Positions 9,836-20,389 of a stretch of 64,000 bases of DNA are shown piece by piece. This stretch comes from an uncultured Candidatus Binatia bacterium (GTDB taxonomy: Bacteria > Desulfobacterota > Binatia > Bin18): NCBI GenBank assembly GCA_965214605.1, contig OZ243961.1:1920001-1984000 (forward strand), in the 5' to 3' direction. Every line of letters begins with the position of its first letter. Within the stretch, counting starts at the first letter, position 1. Below the pieces are notes generated by a model, which was not told where the DNA came from, ran no database searches, and saw only the letters and a program-made list of their open reading frames with translations. Both the position numbers and the translations under genes were made by a program.

Positions 9836-10867
9836 TCAAGGAGAGAGAGGCTGGCGGCTCCGATTTCCAGGAACAGCCTTTTGACAGTCGAAGCAATAGA
9901 CTTTGCCGCTGAACCGCGCTTTGTGCTGACGGCAGAACTGCACGACTTTTTTCGAGACACCCTTCCCACATCTGGTGCAGAAGAAAGGGCCGGCTTGCGG
10001 GCTTTGTCGGGGTTCGGTTTTGCGTTTCACCGGGTTTGAAATCGCTCTCCCGCTGACCGTGGGAGGCCGTATGGTCCCGGCGCGAATTCCGAACTTCTTC
10101 CGATAGTCGATACGGGCAGGGCAATGCCGCAAGGCCAAAGAACGGGCAATTCTTTGGAGCGTGTTTTTCCCGACAAGTCCAACGAGACGGTCAAGGTGGG
10201 AAAGGAGCGACAGGCGCTTATCAAGCACCACTTTCAACATATCGGACTTCACCACCACACTCGTATCGAACGTATCCGGGGAAGGCCGTATGATCCGGGA
10301 TGTCGGCGAGACCAGGATGATATTTTCAAAAAGGGGTTCGACGTTGACCCACAGCCGCTTTGGCATGAATGCCTGGTTTTTCAAATACCGTTCCAGAAAA
10401 AAGATGTGCCGCTTATTCTGCTCAATAGGTGAGGGAATCGCTCGGACCTCCTCTTTGAAAAAAAACGAGAATTCTCCCGCCTCAGAGATTGTGAGCCCCT
10501 GGCGAAAATGTTTTGATTCGACAACGATGAACTCCAAGAAACGATTGATGAGCAGATGGTCAATCTGGGCAGTATTGCCAGCATCTTCCAGCCGGAGATC
10601 GTGCAGAATTGCCCAGTTCTTGGAGCTTCCCCAATAAAAATCAATATAATAGGCAGAGTCCTTTTCCCCTTTTTCGCCGGAGCGGAGGAGTTGCAACTCT
10701 CTTTCGATCATCTCCCGTTTGCTGTGTGGTAGGTCTAGCGTAAGGAGCGCCTTCAACTCGTCTACTTGGCCTTTCAACGAATCCTTTTTCTTAATGATCA
10801 TTTCCAGGAGATCCCTCCTTAGGCCAGGAGCTGCCAGTCTGTTATCGTCACTCCTTGTCGGTGTCAA
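9836..10867 (-). CDS. NERD-domain nuclease-like protein with C-terminal Zn ribbon
   Basis: GEKGE..LHDLRLE..AQIDHLLI..VVESKH..SPIEQNKRH NERD motifs; C-terminal CxxC..C..C..C. Confidence 0.85.
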   Translation of the reverse strand: MTPTRSDDNRLAAPGLRRDLLEMIIKKKDSLKGQVDELKALLTLDLPHSKREMIERELQLLRSGEKGEKDSAYYIDFYWGSSKNWAILHDLRLEDAGNTAQIDHLLINRFLEFIVVESKHFRQGLTISEAGEFSFFFKEEVRAIPSPIEQNKRHIFFLERYLKNQAFMPKRLWVNVEPLFENIILVSPTSRIIRPSPDTFDTSVVVKSDMLKVVLDKRLSLLSHLDRLVGLVGKNTLQRIARSLALRHCPARIDYRKKFGIRAGTIRPPTVSGRAISNPVKRKTEPRQSPQAGPFFCTRCGKGVSKKVVQFCRQHKARFSGKVYCFDCQKAVPGNRSRQPLSP

Positions 10868-11057
10868 TGTGGCTCACAGCTCGTCTGAATCCCGGTCAGT
10901 AGCCTTCTTTGCCCCTTGCCGCATAAGGGTCCGACGTGACGTGCGTTTCCCTGCTGCTCAAGTCATTCTCCGGCTAAAGCGTGCCACACCTTCCGGCCTA
11001 GCCAGCCCGGCCACGATCATGCTAAGAAGGCATGAGGCATAGCTGAAGGCCCATACC

Positions 11058-11417
11058 ATGCACCACCTTCCCCAAGGATTTCAGGATCTTGAACCGTTCC
11101 TCGACTGGTCCCTAGCCACAGAAGGGGAACGCAGCGCCAAGCGTCAGGCCAGCAGTATGATCGAACTGCGCGCCTTCTACGCCGCCATGCTAGCCCGCAT
11201 GGAAGCAATGCTTGCCTACCTGGAGCAGTTTTCGCTTGACGCCCTGCCCCCAGACGCCAAGCGCCTCCTGCTCCTAACCCTCTCACTGGCCGAGGTCTCT
11301 CCCGCAGTCGAACTCTTTGGCCAACCCAGCGTCGTCGATGGCTACGATATTGCCCGCTTCACCCCACAGCACGGCCAGGAAAGCCCTGTGGAGGAAATCG
11401 AAAAAAACGAGTATTGA
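11058..11417 (+). CDS. Small conserved hypothetical protein of the type found beside aromatic oxygenases
   Basis: LPQGFQDLEPF.DWSLATE.ER..KR..SSM.ELRAFY pattern; co-oriented with the VOC and hpaB-like genes. Confidence 0.65.
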   Translation: MHHLPQGFQDLEPFLDWSLATEGERSAKRQASSMIELRAFYAAMLARMEAMLAYLEQFSLDALPPDAKRLLLLTLSLAEVSPAVELFGQPSVVDGYDIARFTPQHGQESPVEEIEKNEY

Positions 11418-11469
11418 GGAGTATTAAGGATCAGGATCGCAGTTCCACATTCCACACAGGAGGTTTCTC

Positions 11470-11964
11470 ATGATTCGCCCTGAACGTCTTGGCCACGCCG
11501 TCATTAAAGTCCGCGACCTCGACCGCTCGCGTCAATTCTACACCGAAGTCCTAGGCATGCAAATCATGAAAGATGTGCCCGAGATTCGGGCGGTCTTCCT
11601 AGCCAATCACGGCCGCGACCACCACGAACTCGCTCTGTTTGAGATCGGCTCTGAGGCCGAGGCTCCCAACCACAAAGCGGTCGGGCTCGCGCATATCGCC
11701 TTTCGCCTCACCACTCAGGAAGAACTCGAAGCTGCCTATCACGAGCTCAAGGAAAAAGGCGTACCAGTGCACTTTACCGTCAACCACGGCATTACCAAGA
11801 GTGTCTATTTTGAAGACCCGGACGGCTACGAACTCGAAGTCTATTGCGACAACGACCCGGCAGAATATGTGCGTTACCCCAACGCCTACCTAGGCCTAGA
11901 GAAGCTCGACTACGCCGCACAGGACAAGGGCCTACGCGACATCATCCCAGCCCTGCGGCAATAG
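11470..11964 (+). CDS. VOC/glyoxalase-family protein (extradiol-dioxygenase-like)
   Basis: LGHAVIKVRDL..FYTEVLG, HHELAL, GLAHIAF, SVYFEDPDG. Confidence 0.88.
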   Translation: MIRPERLGHAVIKVRDLDRSRQFYTEVLGMQIMKDVPEIRAVFLANHGRDHHELALFEIGSEAEAPNHKAVGLAHIAFRLTTQEELEAAYHELKEKGVPVHFTVNHGITKSVYFEDPDGYELEVYCDNDPAEYVRYPNAYLGLEKLDYAAQDKGLRDIIPALRQ

Positions 11965-11983
11965 CCGCGGAGGAGGCATTGTC

Positions 11984-13426
11984 ATGGGTATTCGGACCGG
12001 TGTGGAGTATCGGAAAAGCTTGCGCGACAAGCGCAGCGTCTATGTCAACGGCGAACGAGTCACCGACGTGACCACCTATCCACCCTTTCAGGGCGCGATC
12101 GATACCCTCGCCATGCTGTACGACCTCCAACACGACTCCCAGCACCAGCCTCTCCTCACCTACCCGTCCCCGGCCGACGACCAACCTGTCAGCCTGTCCT
12201 TCCTCATTACCGACACCGCCGCAGACGTCGACCGTCGTGTCCGCGCCGAAGAGTTTCGAGCCGAGGCGACTTTCGGGCTCATGGGCAGGTTGCCCGACTT
12301 TATGAACGCCCTAGTCACAGACGCCGCGGTCGTCCATACCTTTATCGGCCAGTATAGCAAACAGTATGGCGACAATATCCTGCGCTACTACCAAGCCTGT
12401 CGGGACCAGGACTTATGCCTCACCCACACTTTGGTTGATCCTCAGATCGACCGCTCAAAAGGACCGGCCGAGCAAGCCGACCCCCAAGCCGCTCTGCACC
12501 GTGTGCGAGAAACAGACCGGGGCCTCATCGTCCGGGGGGCGCGCATGCTGTCCACTCTTGCTCCGTTTGCCAACGAACTATGGGTCGGCCCGTTCTATCC
12601 CCGCAGGCCGGGCGAAGAAGCCTACGCCCTGTGCTTTGCTGTGCCCATGGATACCCCCGGCCTCACATTCGTCTGCCGTGAGTCGTACAGCACCGGCCGC
12701 AGCACCTTTGACCGACCTCTGTCGTCCCGCTTTGACGAAGAAGACGCGCTGGCGATTTTCGACAATGTCGAGGTCCCGTGGGAGCGGGTTTTTATCAACG
12801 GTGATATTGAAGCGTCTAACTACATTCTCGGCCACGCGCCCGGCTATGCTCTACTCCAGGGGGTAATCCGTGGCACGGTCAAGCTGCGCTTCATGGCCGG
12901 CCTGACGTGTTCAGTGGCCGAAGCAGTAGGCCGGGCCTCAGCCCCGCAGGTTCAGGCTCAACTCGGCGAGCTCGTCGCTAACGTCGAAATTGCCAACGGC
13001 TTGCTGCGGGCGGCCGCTCAGGACGTGGCCAAGGGTCGCAAAGAGGGCACCTCGCTCCGTGCCCTGGCGGCTAGCCTGTGGGTGTTCCTACCCCAAGCCC
13101 ACATGCGCGCGGCAGAAGTCCTGCGTCAGGTCAGCGGGAGCGGTTTGATTCTGACCCCGACCGAAAAAGATCTCCAGAATCCCGACATTGCGGCTTATCT
13201 CGAACAATACCTCGTTGGCAAAGACCTGCCGGTTCGAGAGCGCGTTCAGCTGTTTAAGCTCGCCTGGGATATGCTGGGCGAGCAGTTTGGTGGCCGCCAA
13301 CTCCAGTACGAATGGTTTTACGCCGGCGACCCCCATTTCACCCGCGCCCGTTTCTATCGCTCACCCGCGGTCAAGCAGTACAAGGCCATGGTTGAGCGCC
13401 TGTTGAACAAAACCGCCACTGCATGA
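11984..13426 (+). CDS. hpaB: 4-hydroxyphenylacetate 3-monooxygenase oxygenase-component-like flavoprotein
   Basis: RTGVEYRKSLRD, GLMGRLPDFMN, HTLVDPQIDRS, PLSSRFDEEDA, FGGRQLQYEWFYAGD. Confidence 0.85.
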   Translation: MGIRTGVEYRKSLRDKRSVYVNGERVTDVTTYPPFQGAIDTLAMLYDLQHDSQHQPLLTYPSPADDQPVSLSFLITDTAADVDRRVRAEEFRAEATFGLMGRLPDFMNALVTDAAVVHTFIGQYSKQYGDNILRYYQACRDQDLCLTHTLVDPQIDRSKGPAEQADPQAALHRVRETDRGLIVRGARMLSTLAPFANELWVGPFYPRRPGEEAYALCFAVPMDTPGLTFVCRESYSTGRSTFDRPLSSRFDEEDALAIFDNVEVPWERVFINGDIEASNYILGHAPGYALLQGVIRGTVKLRFMAGLTCSVAEAVGRASAPQVQAQLGELVANVEIANGLLRAAAQDVAKGRKEGTSLRALAASLWVFLPQAHMRAAEVLRQVSGSGLILTPTEKDLQNPDIAAYLEQYLVGKDLPVRERVQLFKLAWDMLGEQFGGRQLQYEWFYAGDPHFTRARFYRSPAVKQYKAMVERLLNKTATA

Positions 13427-13434
13427 GGTCGTCC

Positions 13435-13962
13435 TTAGCTGGATTCCTTAAGATCGCTCGTATCTTCGAGTCCCAGTGCCCGGATCGAGGTTTGGAAGCG
13501 ATCTTGCATAACAGCATCGTCGTCAACAAAATCCCGCGTGAGGCAGCAGAACTCCAGCTGAACCCCGTTGGGGTCTTTGAAATAGATCGACTTGGCCCAA
13601 TCGTGGTCAACGACCTCAGAGACGGCGACACCCTTGTCCAATAACTCTTGACGCTTGGCCTCTAAACCGGCCTCAGTCCCCGCCTCAAAGGCAAAGTGAT
13701 AAAACGCGTTTGGCACTCCGAGTCCCCGGTTGATACCGGCGTCGTATTCCTTGGGCACGCCCGGCACGTCGCGCGCTTCCATAAAGGCCAACAGCTGGTC
13801 GCGCCCGGTATCAAAAAAGATGTGCCGGATACGACCGCCCTCTTTAATATTGATCGTATCGCAGCGAACGGGCTTAAAACCCAGAATATCCTCGTAAAAG
13901 TTACGGGTTTTGTCTAGATCTAAAGTGGACATCCCAAGATGCGAAAAACCTTTTTGAGTCAT
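13435..13962 (-). CDS. VOC/glyoxalase-family protein
   Basis: FSHLGMST.DL..T..FY, YHFAF, SIYFKDPNGVQLE. Confidence 0.87.
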   Translation of the reverse strand: MTQKGFSHLGMSTLDLDKTRNFYEDILGFKPVRCDTINIKEGGRIRHIFFDTGRDQLLAFMEARDVPGVPKEYDAGINRGLGVPNAFYHFAFEAGTEAGLEAKRQELLDKGVAVSEVVDHDWAKSIYFKDPNGVQLEFCCLTRDFVDDDAVMQDRFQTSIRALGLEDTSDLKESS

Positions 13963-14747
13963 AGTGACCCCCTCCTTCTAACCACCTACGTAGCGTGCGT
14001 CATTACAGGCAGGGCGGCGATTTCATCTGTGTGTTTAGCATAGCCCGGCCCCTTATGGAAAGCCACGGTCCGTCGCCCTGCGCCTGAACTCTCACGGCAC
14101 GTGAAGAAGCATGCCTCTGCGGTCTGAGCAGCCGCAGTCTCGTAGATCAGATTGGCGCAGCGTAATCCGGCACTCCCCTAACCACTGCCTCTGTACTACC
14201 GCCGCGCCTTCGTCAGCGCTACAGCCGCTGGGCTCTGACGTCGGGCGTTTCGATACATCGCCAAAAACGGCCTTTTCCGGTCAACGCTATGGTCGTCCTC
14301 CCCGACCTAGAAGTGACCCTAATGCCATCGGCATAGGCCGACTATTCAACACGCTCCGCTATATCCGCAAGCCGATGGATTGGCTGTATTCAGCAATCAG
14401 TGGTATCGGAGGACGCCTAGGAGCCAATCCGCCCCTGCCAGCGTTTACCCTTGACAGCTCCGGGCGGTGTGCAGTACTGAGGCATGTAGTTCGCCTGGAG
14501 TTCGACACCGATAAAGCGCTCTAGGCAGCCGGGACGAAGAAATTTTTGGCTGAGACAGTTGGCGACGCCCTCGGTGAGGCCACCGTCACCAAGGCGACCC
14601 TGACTGAAGTCGAGACTGAGAGGGGCGGCTTGGCGGAAGTGGGTGATGGCCGCCAACATTGTCAGCCTGACGGTCAACTTCACCGCCGCCCTGGTCAAGC
14701 GAATATCGTGACCCTGCGCCCCTCCTAGCGGATACGGAGGTGAGAGC

Positions 14748-16319
14748 ATGTTACCACGGCCCAGTATTGAGGATGTTTTGGAATACAGCAGAGCACTCGG
14801 CTTAACCCTCAGCCAGGCGGAAGCCCATAGCATGCAATCCCGCATACTTGAGCACATTGCCAGCTTTGAGTCTTTTCATGAGCTGCGCATTGAGGAGGAG
14901 CAGTTGCCCCTCGACATCACTGATCGCGATCCAGGCTACCGTCCGACACAGGACGAAGATCCGCTCAACGTCTTTATCCGCAAGTGCTGGGTTGAAGGAG
15001 CTGCTGATGGCCCGCTAAAGGGCAAGACTGTCGGTCTTAAGGACCATATCAGCGTGGCCGGGATTCCGCTTACCCTTGGCTCGCATTTCATGGAGGGTTA
15101 CATCCCCGACTTTGACGCCAGCATCGTCACCCGCTTGCTAGCCGCCGGTGCAACAATCGTCGGCAAGATGAACATGGACGACTTTTCGCTCGGCGGACCG
15201 GGCTTGAGCGGGACTGGCGATTTTGGCCGCCCACTAAACCCCCACAATCCCGACCATGTCACCGGAGGGTCGTCATCTGGATCGGCCGCGGCGGTGGCCG
15301 GCGGACTGGTTGATATCGCTTTTGGCGGTGATCAGGGTGGTTCGATCCGCCTCCCCGCAGCGTGGTCTGGCACCCTGGGCCTGATGGCTACCCATGGGCT
15401 TATTCCGCATACTGGAGTGTGTGGCCTTGACCCAAGCATCGACTACGTCGGCCCAATGACGCGCACGGTTGAAGACCTGACTGCGGTACTGGAGTGTGTG
15501 ACTGGCCCTGACGGCTACGATCCCCGCCAAACACAGCTGCCGGCTCTGCCGCCCGGCTATAGCCAAGCGCTGACACGCGGGGTCGACGGCCTCACCATCG
15601 GTATTGTGTCAGAAGGTTTTGGCTTTACCGGCAGTCAGCCAGCAGTCGAGCAGACGGTCCACGAAGCACTGGCCAGCCTAGAGGGTGCGGGCGCCCAACT
15701 CATCTCGGTGTCCGTTCCACTGCACGACAAGGCGCTGATGGCCCTGCTGCCGATCTACTTTGAGGGCGGCAAGCATATGTTCGATACGAATCTAGGTGGA
15801 GCCTTTGCCCGGACGTATTACCCTACCTCCATGGTCTCTAGCTTTGGGCGCTTTAAACACAGCCACGGCCACGCACTTCCGCTCAATTATAAACTCGGCC
15901 TGATGCTCGGCTCCTACCTGAACCGTTTTACCCACGGCCGTTTGTACGCCAAAGCTCACAATGTCCGGCCCACCTTCGTCAAACAGTACAACCAAGCCCT
16001 GTCACAGGCGGATATCTTAGCTCTGCCGACAACACCGATGACCGCGCCCGTCTATCGGCAACCTAAAGACGCCCAGGAAGCGATCGAACACACCCTGTTT
16101 GGCGGTCAGCTAGGCATGGATATAGGCCTGGTCGCCCACAACACTGCCCCGTTTAATCTGACCGGTCACCCAGCACTCAGCATACCGTGCGGGAAAGTCA
16201 AGGGCCTGCCAGTCGGACTGATGTTGGTCGCTCCGTATTTCCGTGAAGATTTGCTGATCCAGGTCGCGGCCGTATATCAGTCACTGATCGCTTGGACTCC
16301 GGCCGCAGCCCAGGAATAG
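14748..16319 (+). CDS. Amidase (amidase signature family)
   Basis: GLKD, GGSSSGSAAAVA, GGDQGGSIRLPA (Ser-cisSer-Lys signature). Confidence 0.93.
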   Translation: MLPRPSIEDVLEYSRALGLTLSQAEAHSMQSRILEHIASFESFHELRIEEEQLPLDITDRDPGYRPTQDEDPLNVFIRKCWVEGAADGPLKGKTVGLKDHISVAGIPLTLGSHFMEGYIPDFDASIVTRLLAAGATIVGKMNMDDFSLGGPGLSGTGDFGRPLNPHNPDHVTGGSSSGSAAAVAGGLVDIAFGGDQGGSIRLPAAWSGTLGLMATHGLIPHTGVCGLDPSIDYVGPMTRTVEDLTAVLECVTGPDGYDPRQTQLPALPPGYSQALTRGVDGLTIGIVSEGFGFTGSQPAVEQTVHEALASLEGAGAQLISVSVPLHDKALMALLPIYFEGGKHMFDTNLGGAFARTYYPTSMVSSFGRFKHSHGHALPLNYKLGLMLGSYLNRFTHGRLYAKAHNVRPTFVKQYNQALSQADILALPTTPMTAPVYRQPKDAQEAIEHTLFGGQLGMDIGLVAHNTAPFNLTGHPALSIPCGKVKGLPVGLMLVAPYFREDLLIQVAAVYQSLIAWTPAAAQE

Positions 16320-16321
16320 CT

Positions 16322-17443
16322 ATGGGACGGATTATTGACGCCGACAGCCATTTTATGGAACCGCTCGATATCTGGCAGCGGTATATTGACCCCCAGTACC
16401 GGTCGCGCTGTCTGCGCTTTGTGCCCAGGCCGGACAGTGACCGGTACACGCTCCTGATTGAGGACAACACGCGGGCCCGTTTCAACGTCGAGGACTTTTT
16501 GGGCGTGCTGATTGGCTATGGCCAAAAAGAGCAGGGCGTAGGACTCGGCTCTTTTGATCTAGCCGCGGTCTCTAGCCATAACCTAGAAGACATGCAGGCC
16601 CGTATTGCATTTCTCGATCAAGAGGGGATAGCCTGCCAGTTTTTGTACCCCTCGTTGGGACTGCTGACAGATGGCCTGGTCGAAGACCCCGAGCTAGCGG
16701 CGGCGCATTGTCGCGCCTATAACACCTGGGCGCTGGACGTGTGTGCCGGATACCGTGACCGCTTATACCCGGTTGGTCATATCTCGCTCCGATATCCGTC
16801 CGAAGCAGTCCGTGAGTTGCAGCGGCTTGCCAAAGCAGGCCTGCAAGCGGTCTTTATCGGAGCAATGCCGGTCGAGGGTAAAAGTTTCGGTCATCCAGAC
16901 TTTGATCCGGTCTGGACAACAGCCCAAGAGCTGGACTTGGCGGTCAGCTTACATCTGGTTGTCCACCCCTTTTATCTGGGCAACGAGTGGCGCAAGGAGC
17001 CCAAACCAGACTTTATGTTTGTCAGCATGAATGTCATTCAAGATCCGCGCATGGCCCTCACTACCATGGTCTACGATGGGGTCTTTGAACGCTTCCCACG
17101 CCTGCGGGTCGCGGTCGTCGAGTCGGCCAGCGGGTGGATTGTTGAGTGGCTTGACCGGTTTGACTATCGCTACAGTTACATGGGTCATACCACGGCCATG
17201 AAGCGCCCAGCCAGCGAATATTTTACCCGCAACATCTGGATCTCGGCCGACCCGGACGAGCGGAGCTTGCCCTATGTGGTCGAGCTAGTTGGCGATGATA
17301 AATTTTTCATCGGCTCGGACTACCCGCACGCCGAGGGCTTTGTTCGACCGATTGACAAGGCTCGCGCAGCCTTGACCCGCCTGCCGGACACTTCGGTTAA
17401 AAAAATCTTGGGCGAGAATGCGGCTCGTTTCTTTGGCGTCTGA
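16322..17443 (+). CDS. Amidohydrolase family 2 metallo-hydrolase/decarboxylase
   Basis: IIDADSH, AYNTW, FERFPRLR, IGSDYPH. Confidence 0.9.
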   Translation: MGRIIDADSHFMEPLDIWQRYIDPQYRSRCLRFVPRPDSDRYTLLIEDNTRARFNVEDFLGVLIGYGQKEQGVGLGSFDLAAVSSHNLEDMQARIAFLDQEGIACQFLYPSLGLLTDGLVEDPELAAAHCRAYNTWALDVCAGYRDRLYPVGHISLRYPSEAVRELQRLAKAGLQAVFIGAMPVEGKSFGHPDFDPVWTTAQELDLAVSLHLVVHPFYLGNEWRKEPKPDFMFVSMNVIQDPRMALTTMVYDGVFERFPRLRVAVVESASGWIVEWLDRFDYRYSYMGHTTAMKRPASEYFTRNIWISADPDERSLPYVVELVGDDKFFIGSDYPHAEGFVRPIDKARAALTRLPDTSVKKILGENAARFFGV

Positions 17444-17455
17444 TCACGAGCACGG

Positions 17456-18670
17456 CTACCAGGCCACACCCTTCTCCTTGAGGGTGACGATTTCCTCCAT
17501 CGAATAGCCACACACCTGCTGGAGAATCTCAGCGGTGTGTTGACTGAAGTCTGGCGCGCCTTTTCGGAGCAGTGGAGTCTTTTCTAGACGAAAAGGCGCC
17601 GAGACCGTCTTGAGCCCATTGTCCAACTCCATCAGGTAGTCGTTCGCCACCACTTGCGGATCATCGGGCAGATCACTAACCTTGTTGACGACCGAGAACC
17701 AGAAACCTTTTTCTCGAAAAACCTTCTCCCAGTAGTCGCGCGGTTGCGTGGCAAATGCCCCTTCAATGCGGGTGATCAACTCCCTGCGATTTTCGGCCCG
17801 TTTTTCATCGCTCCTGAAATGCGGGTCGTGCTCAAGATCGGCCAAGCCCAACACCTGACAAAAATCCGACCAGAAACGCGACGCAACAAACAGCCCACAT
17901 GCAATCCAGCGCCCGTCGGCGCAGCGGTACAGATTCATCAGCGGGTTCGCCACGTCGTGACGATCATACGGAGCAAAATCCTCTCCCACGTTCGTATATT
18001 GGGCTACGTTGTAGTACTGGAGCCACATCATGGTGCTCAGCTGCGAGGCCCAGACTGACTGACTCGTACCGGTTCGCTCCCGGGCCAGTAGGGCAGCTAT
18101 CACCCCGAACCCGAGCATCGTTCCGGACAGGATGTCACTCAGCGCTCCAGTCGGATACACGGGCGCCCCGTCCGCATCCGGTGTGTTGAACATAAACCCG
18201 GAGCGCGCCATGCCAACCGTGTCCTGACACGGGTCTTCGGCGTGCGGACCAAGCGGTCCAAAACCTGTCGCGTGCGAGTAGATCAGTTCGGGATTGATCT
18301 TGAGCAACGTCTCACGGTCAGCGCAAAATTCACGCAGCGCACTAGGGTGGAGGTTGGAGATAAAGACGTCAGACTTTTTAATCAAACGGCGGAACGCCTC
18401 CTGGCCCTCGGCTTGGCGCAGGTCGATACTGATCGCCTTCTTATTACGATTGGTAATCTCGAACATCAGGTTTTTTCCGTCAGGTAAGAACTGGGGCCTC
18501 CCAAACAGGGACCGCACCCCACGAGAAAAATCGCCCTGCCCCGGCTTCTCGACCTTAATGACCTCGGCCCCCAGGTCGGCCAGCATCATGGCACCCAAAG
18601 GCCCTTGGGCCCAGATCGTCAGGTCCACGACTCGAATGCCTTCAAGCGGCATGCGTCCATTGCGCTCCAT
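17456..18670 (-). CDS. Family III CoA transferase (CaiB/BaiF)
   Basis: LEGIRVVDLT..GP..LADLGAEVIKVE, NRNKKAISIDL, GFGPLGP. Confidence 0.93.
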   Translation of the reverse strand: MERNGRMPLEGIRVVDLTIWAQGPLGAMMLADLGAEVIKVEKPGQGDFSRGVRSLFGRPQFLPDGKNLMFEITNRNKKAISIDLRQAEGQEAFRRLIKKSDVFISNLHPSALREFCADRETLLKINPELIYSHATGFGPLGPHAEDPCQDTVGMARSGFMFNTPDADGAPVYPTGALSDILSGTMLGFGVIAALLARERTGTSQSVWASQLSTMMWLQYYNVAQYTNVGEDFAPYDRHDVANPLMNLYRCADGRWIACGLFVASRFWSDFCQVLGLADLEHDPHFRSDEKRAENRRELITRIEGAFATQPRDYWEKVFREKGFWFSVVNKVSDLPDDPQVVANDYLMELDNGLKTVSAPFRLEKTPLLRKGAPDFSQHTAEILQQVCGYSMEEIVTLKEKGVAW

Positions 18671-18685
18671 AGCCTGCCTCCCGGC

Positions 18686-19462
18686 TTATTGGTCTCTCAC
18701 AGCGTTGACGTGTTTGTGTTCGACACGGATTTCTCTAGCCTTAGCTTCCAGCTCAAGCGCCTCAGCCTGGCGATCTGTTCGGCGCAGTAGTGGCGCGTAC
18801 TTCTCGATGAGCAGGGCGACCGCAGGATGCTTTGCACCGAGTTTTTGTTGTCGGATTTCCAAGGCGCGCTGAAAAATCGGAGCCGCCTCTTCGTCCCTGC
18901 CCTGAGCAACCGCAACCTCTGCTTGGCCGCACAGGGTCGTTGCCACCGAGTGATGGTCGGGCCCAAAAAACCGGGTGCGAATACTGAGCGAGCGCGTGAA
19001 CAGAGCGGACGCCTCATCGTAGCGCGTCTGCTCCATATATACCGCGGCCAGATTATTGAGACAGTTGGTCACCCGCCAATGGTCCGGGCCAACAATGGCC
19101 TCGGCAATGGTCAAGACTTTTTGTAAAAACACCTCGGCTTCGTCCAGCTTGCCGAGCTCGCGGTATAGCGAGGCCAGATTATTCAGGCTCTGGGCGACAA
19201 AAGGATGCTCCGAGCCGTATTTTTCCCGCCGGATATCCAGCGCCCGCCGATAGTGCTGTTCGGCCTCTTGGAGTTTGCCCTGGTTATGGCACAGATTGGC
19301 CAAGTTATTGAGCACCATCGCCACCCGCGTGTCTTTCGGACCAAACCTCTCCACTATTTCCAAGGCCTCACGAAAATGCTGTTCGGCCCGGTCATACACC
19401 CCCTGTTGATACAGACGAAACCCGTCCTCATTGATCTTTTGCCACCGCGTCTCTGTACTCAT
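18686..19462 (-). CDS. Tetratricopeptide-repeat protein (kinesin-light-chain-like 42-aa repeats)
   Basis: Repeated GP.H..VA..LNNLA.LY..QG...EA...Y.RAL.I units; GGGGGAA RBS before ATG 19462. Confidence 0.88.
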   Translation of the reverse strand: MSTETRWQKINEDGFRLYQQGVYDRAEQHFREALEIVERFGPKDTRVAMVLNNLANLCHNQGKLQEAEQHYRRALDIRREKYGSEHPFVAQSLNNLASLYRELGKLDEAEVFLQKVLTIAEAIVGPDHWRVTNCLNNLAAVYMEQTRYDEASALFTRSLSIRTRFFGPDHHSVATTLCGQAEVAVAQGRDEEAAPIFQRALEIRQQKLGAKHPAVALLIEKYAPLLRRTDRQAEALELEAKAREIRVEHKHVNAVRDQ

Positions 19463-19518
19463 ATTCCCCCCTACCAGCCCTGTAATCGAGAGTCGAGCAG
19501 GTCGGTTTGAAAGCCCTC

Positions 19519-20388
19519 TCACCTCTCTTGAGGCTGACTTTCCATAAGCCACTTTTCCATGAGATCTTTGAGTTCTTCAACAGAAAAGACGCCAAGCTCT
19601 TGCCAGGCTGAGCGGACGCCAATGAGCCGCAGAATCTTTTTCAAGGTGCTCGTTTTGAAGACCGGATTCTCTGGGTCCGCTATCCGTTCGGACAAGGCCC
19701 ATATCAGGGCAGTACGGACTTCCCCGTCACCCAAAACGGAATTTCTTGAGACAAGGAGGTTGATTAACTCTTCCCAATACTGCTGCGAATATCCCAAAAC
19801 CTTGGCGACGGATGTCAATTCCGCTCCTGTGTTATCACAGACCTCATTCGCCAGATATCGACGCCACCACGCCCGCGCGAACGGGCAATTTACATAAACG
19901 CTTCTGTTGCCTCGGGCCTCGGGCAATCCGCTCATACGCCTCAACGCCGTGCGGACAGTCCCATCTATTTCCTTGTCACTGCCGTCTTGCAAAGCCTGAC
20001 CAATCCGCGCAAGACCGCTCGACGTACTTCCACTGCCGGCGGCAAGAAAACTCGACTGGATTCTGCCCTCCTTGATATGGCGTAGGGTCATACATCCCCA
20101 AAATCCGACGCGACAGGCAATCGCTGGAGGGATGGACTTCCACAACTCAAAAATCTGTCGCTCGGTACTCTTTGGCGGCTCCTTGAATTCGGCCTCGGTC
20201 AGATTCTCCTCAAGGGTTGGCAGGCCGTCACCGGGCACTATCTCGACCTGTTCTCTCATCCACGCCGAATAACGATCACTCGAGCACAGGACATTCAGAA
20301 ACTCTTTTTGCCTGTCGGACCCTTTTGTTCTGAGAAGGTCTTTACGCAGCGCGGTATAGGAGGCGTCATCAAACTGCTCGTAGTTCAA
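19519..20388 (-). CDS. DUF6339-like hypothetical protein, last gene of the 4-gene cassette
   Basis: FW..MTL and N.PFARAWW motifs recalled for DUF6339-type proteins; TTG start 1 nt after the upstream TAG with GGAGG RBS. Confidence 0.55.
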   Translation of the reverse strand: MNYEQFDDASYTALRKDLLRTKGSDRQKEFLNVLCSSDRYSAWMREQVEIVPGDGLPTLEENLTEAEFKEPPKSTERQIFELWKSIPPAIACRVGFWGCMTLRHIKEGRIQSSFLAAGSGSTSSGLARIGQALQDGSDKEIDGTVRTALRRMSGLPEARGNRSVYVNCPFARAWWRRYLANEVCDNTGAELTSVAKVLGYSQQYWEELINLLVSRNSVLGDGEVRTALIWALSERIADPENPVFKTSTLKKILRLIGVRSAWQELGVFSVEELKDLMEKWLMESQPQER

Positions 20389-20389
20389 G

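Noticed and set aside
13963-14747. ORFs in the gap before the amidase
   Set aside because: No recognisable family or convincing RBS; possibly decayed sequence.
18686-19462. TPR gene as a fifth member of the defence cassette
   Set aside because: It has host-like composition, lies outside the inverted-repeat boundary and is coupled to the CoA-transferase gene; linkage is not excluded but is unsupported.
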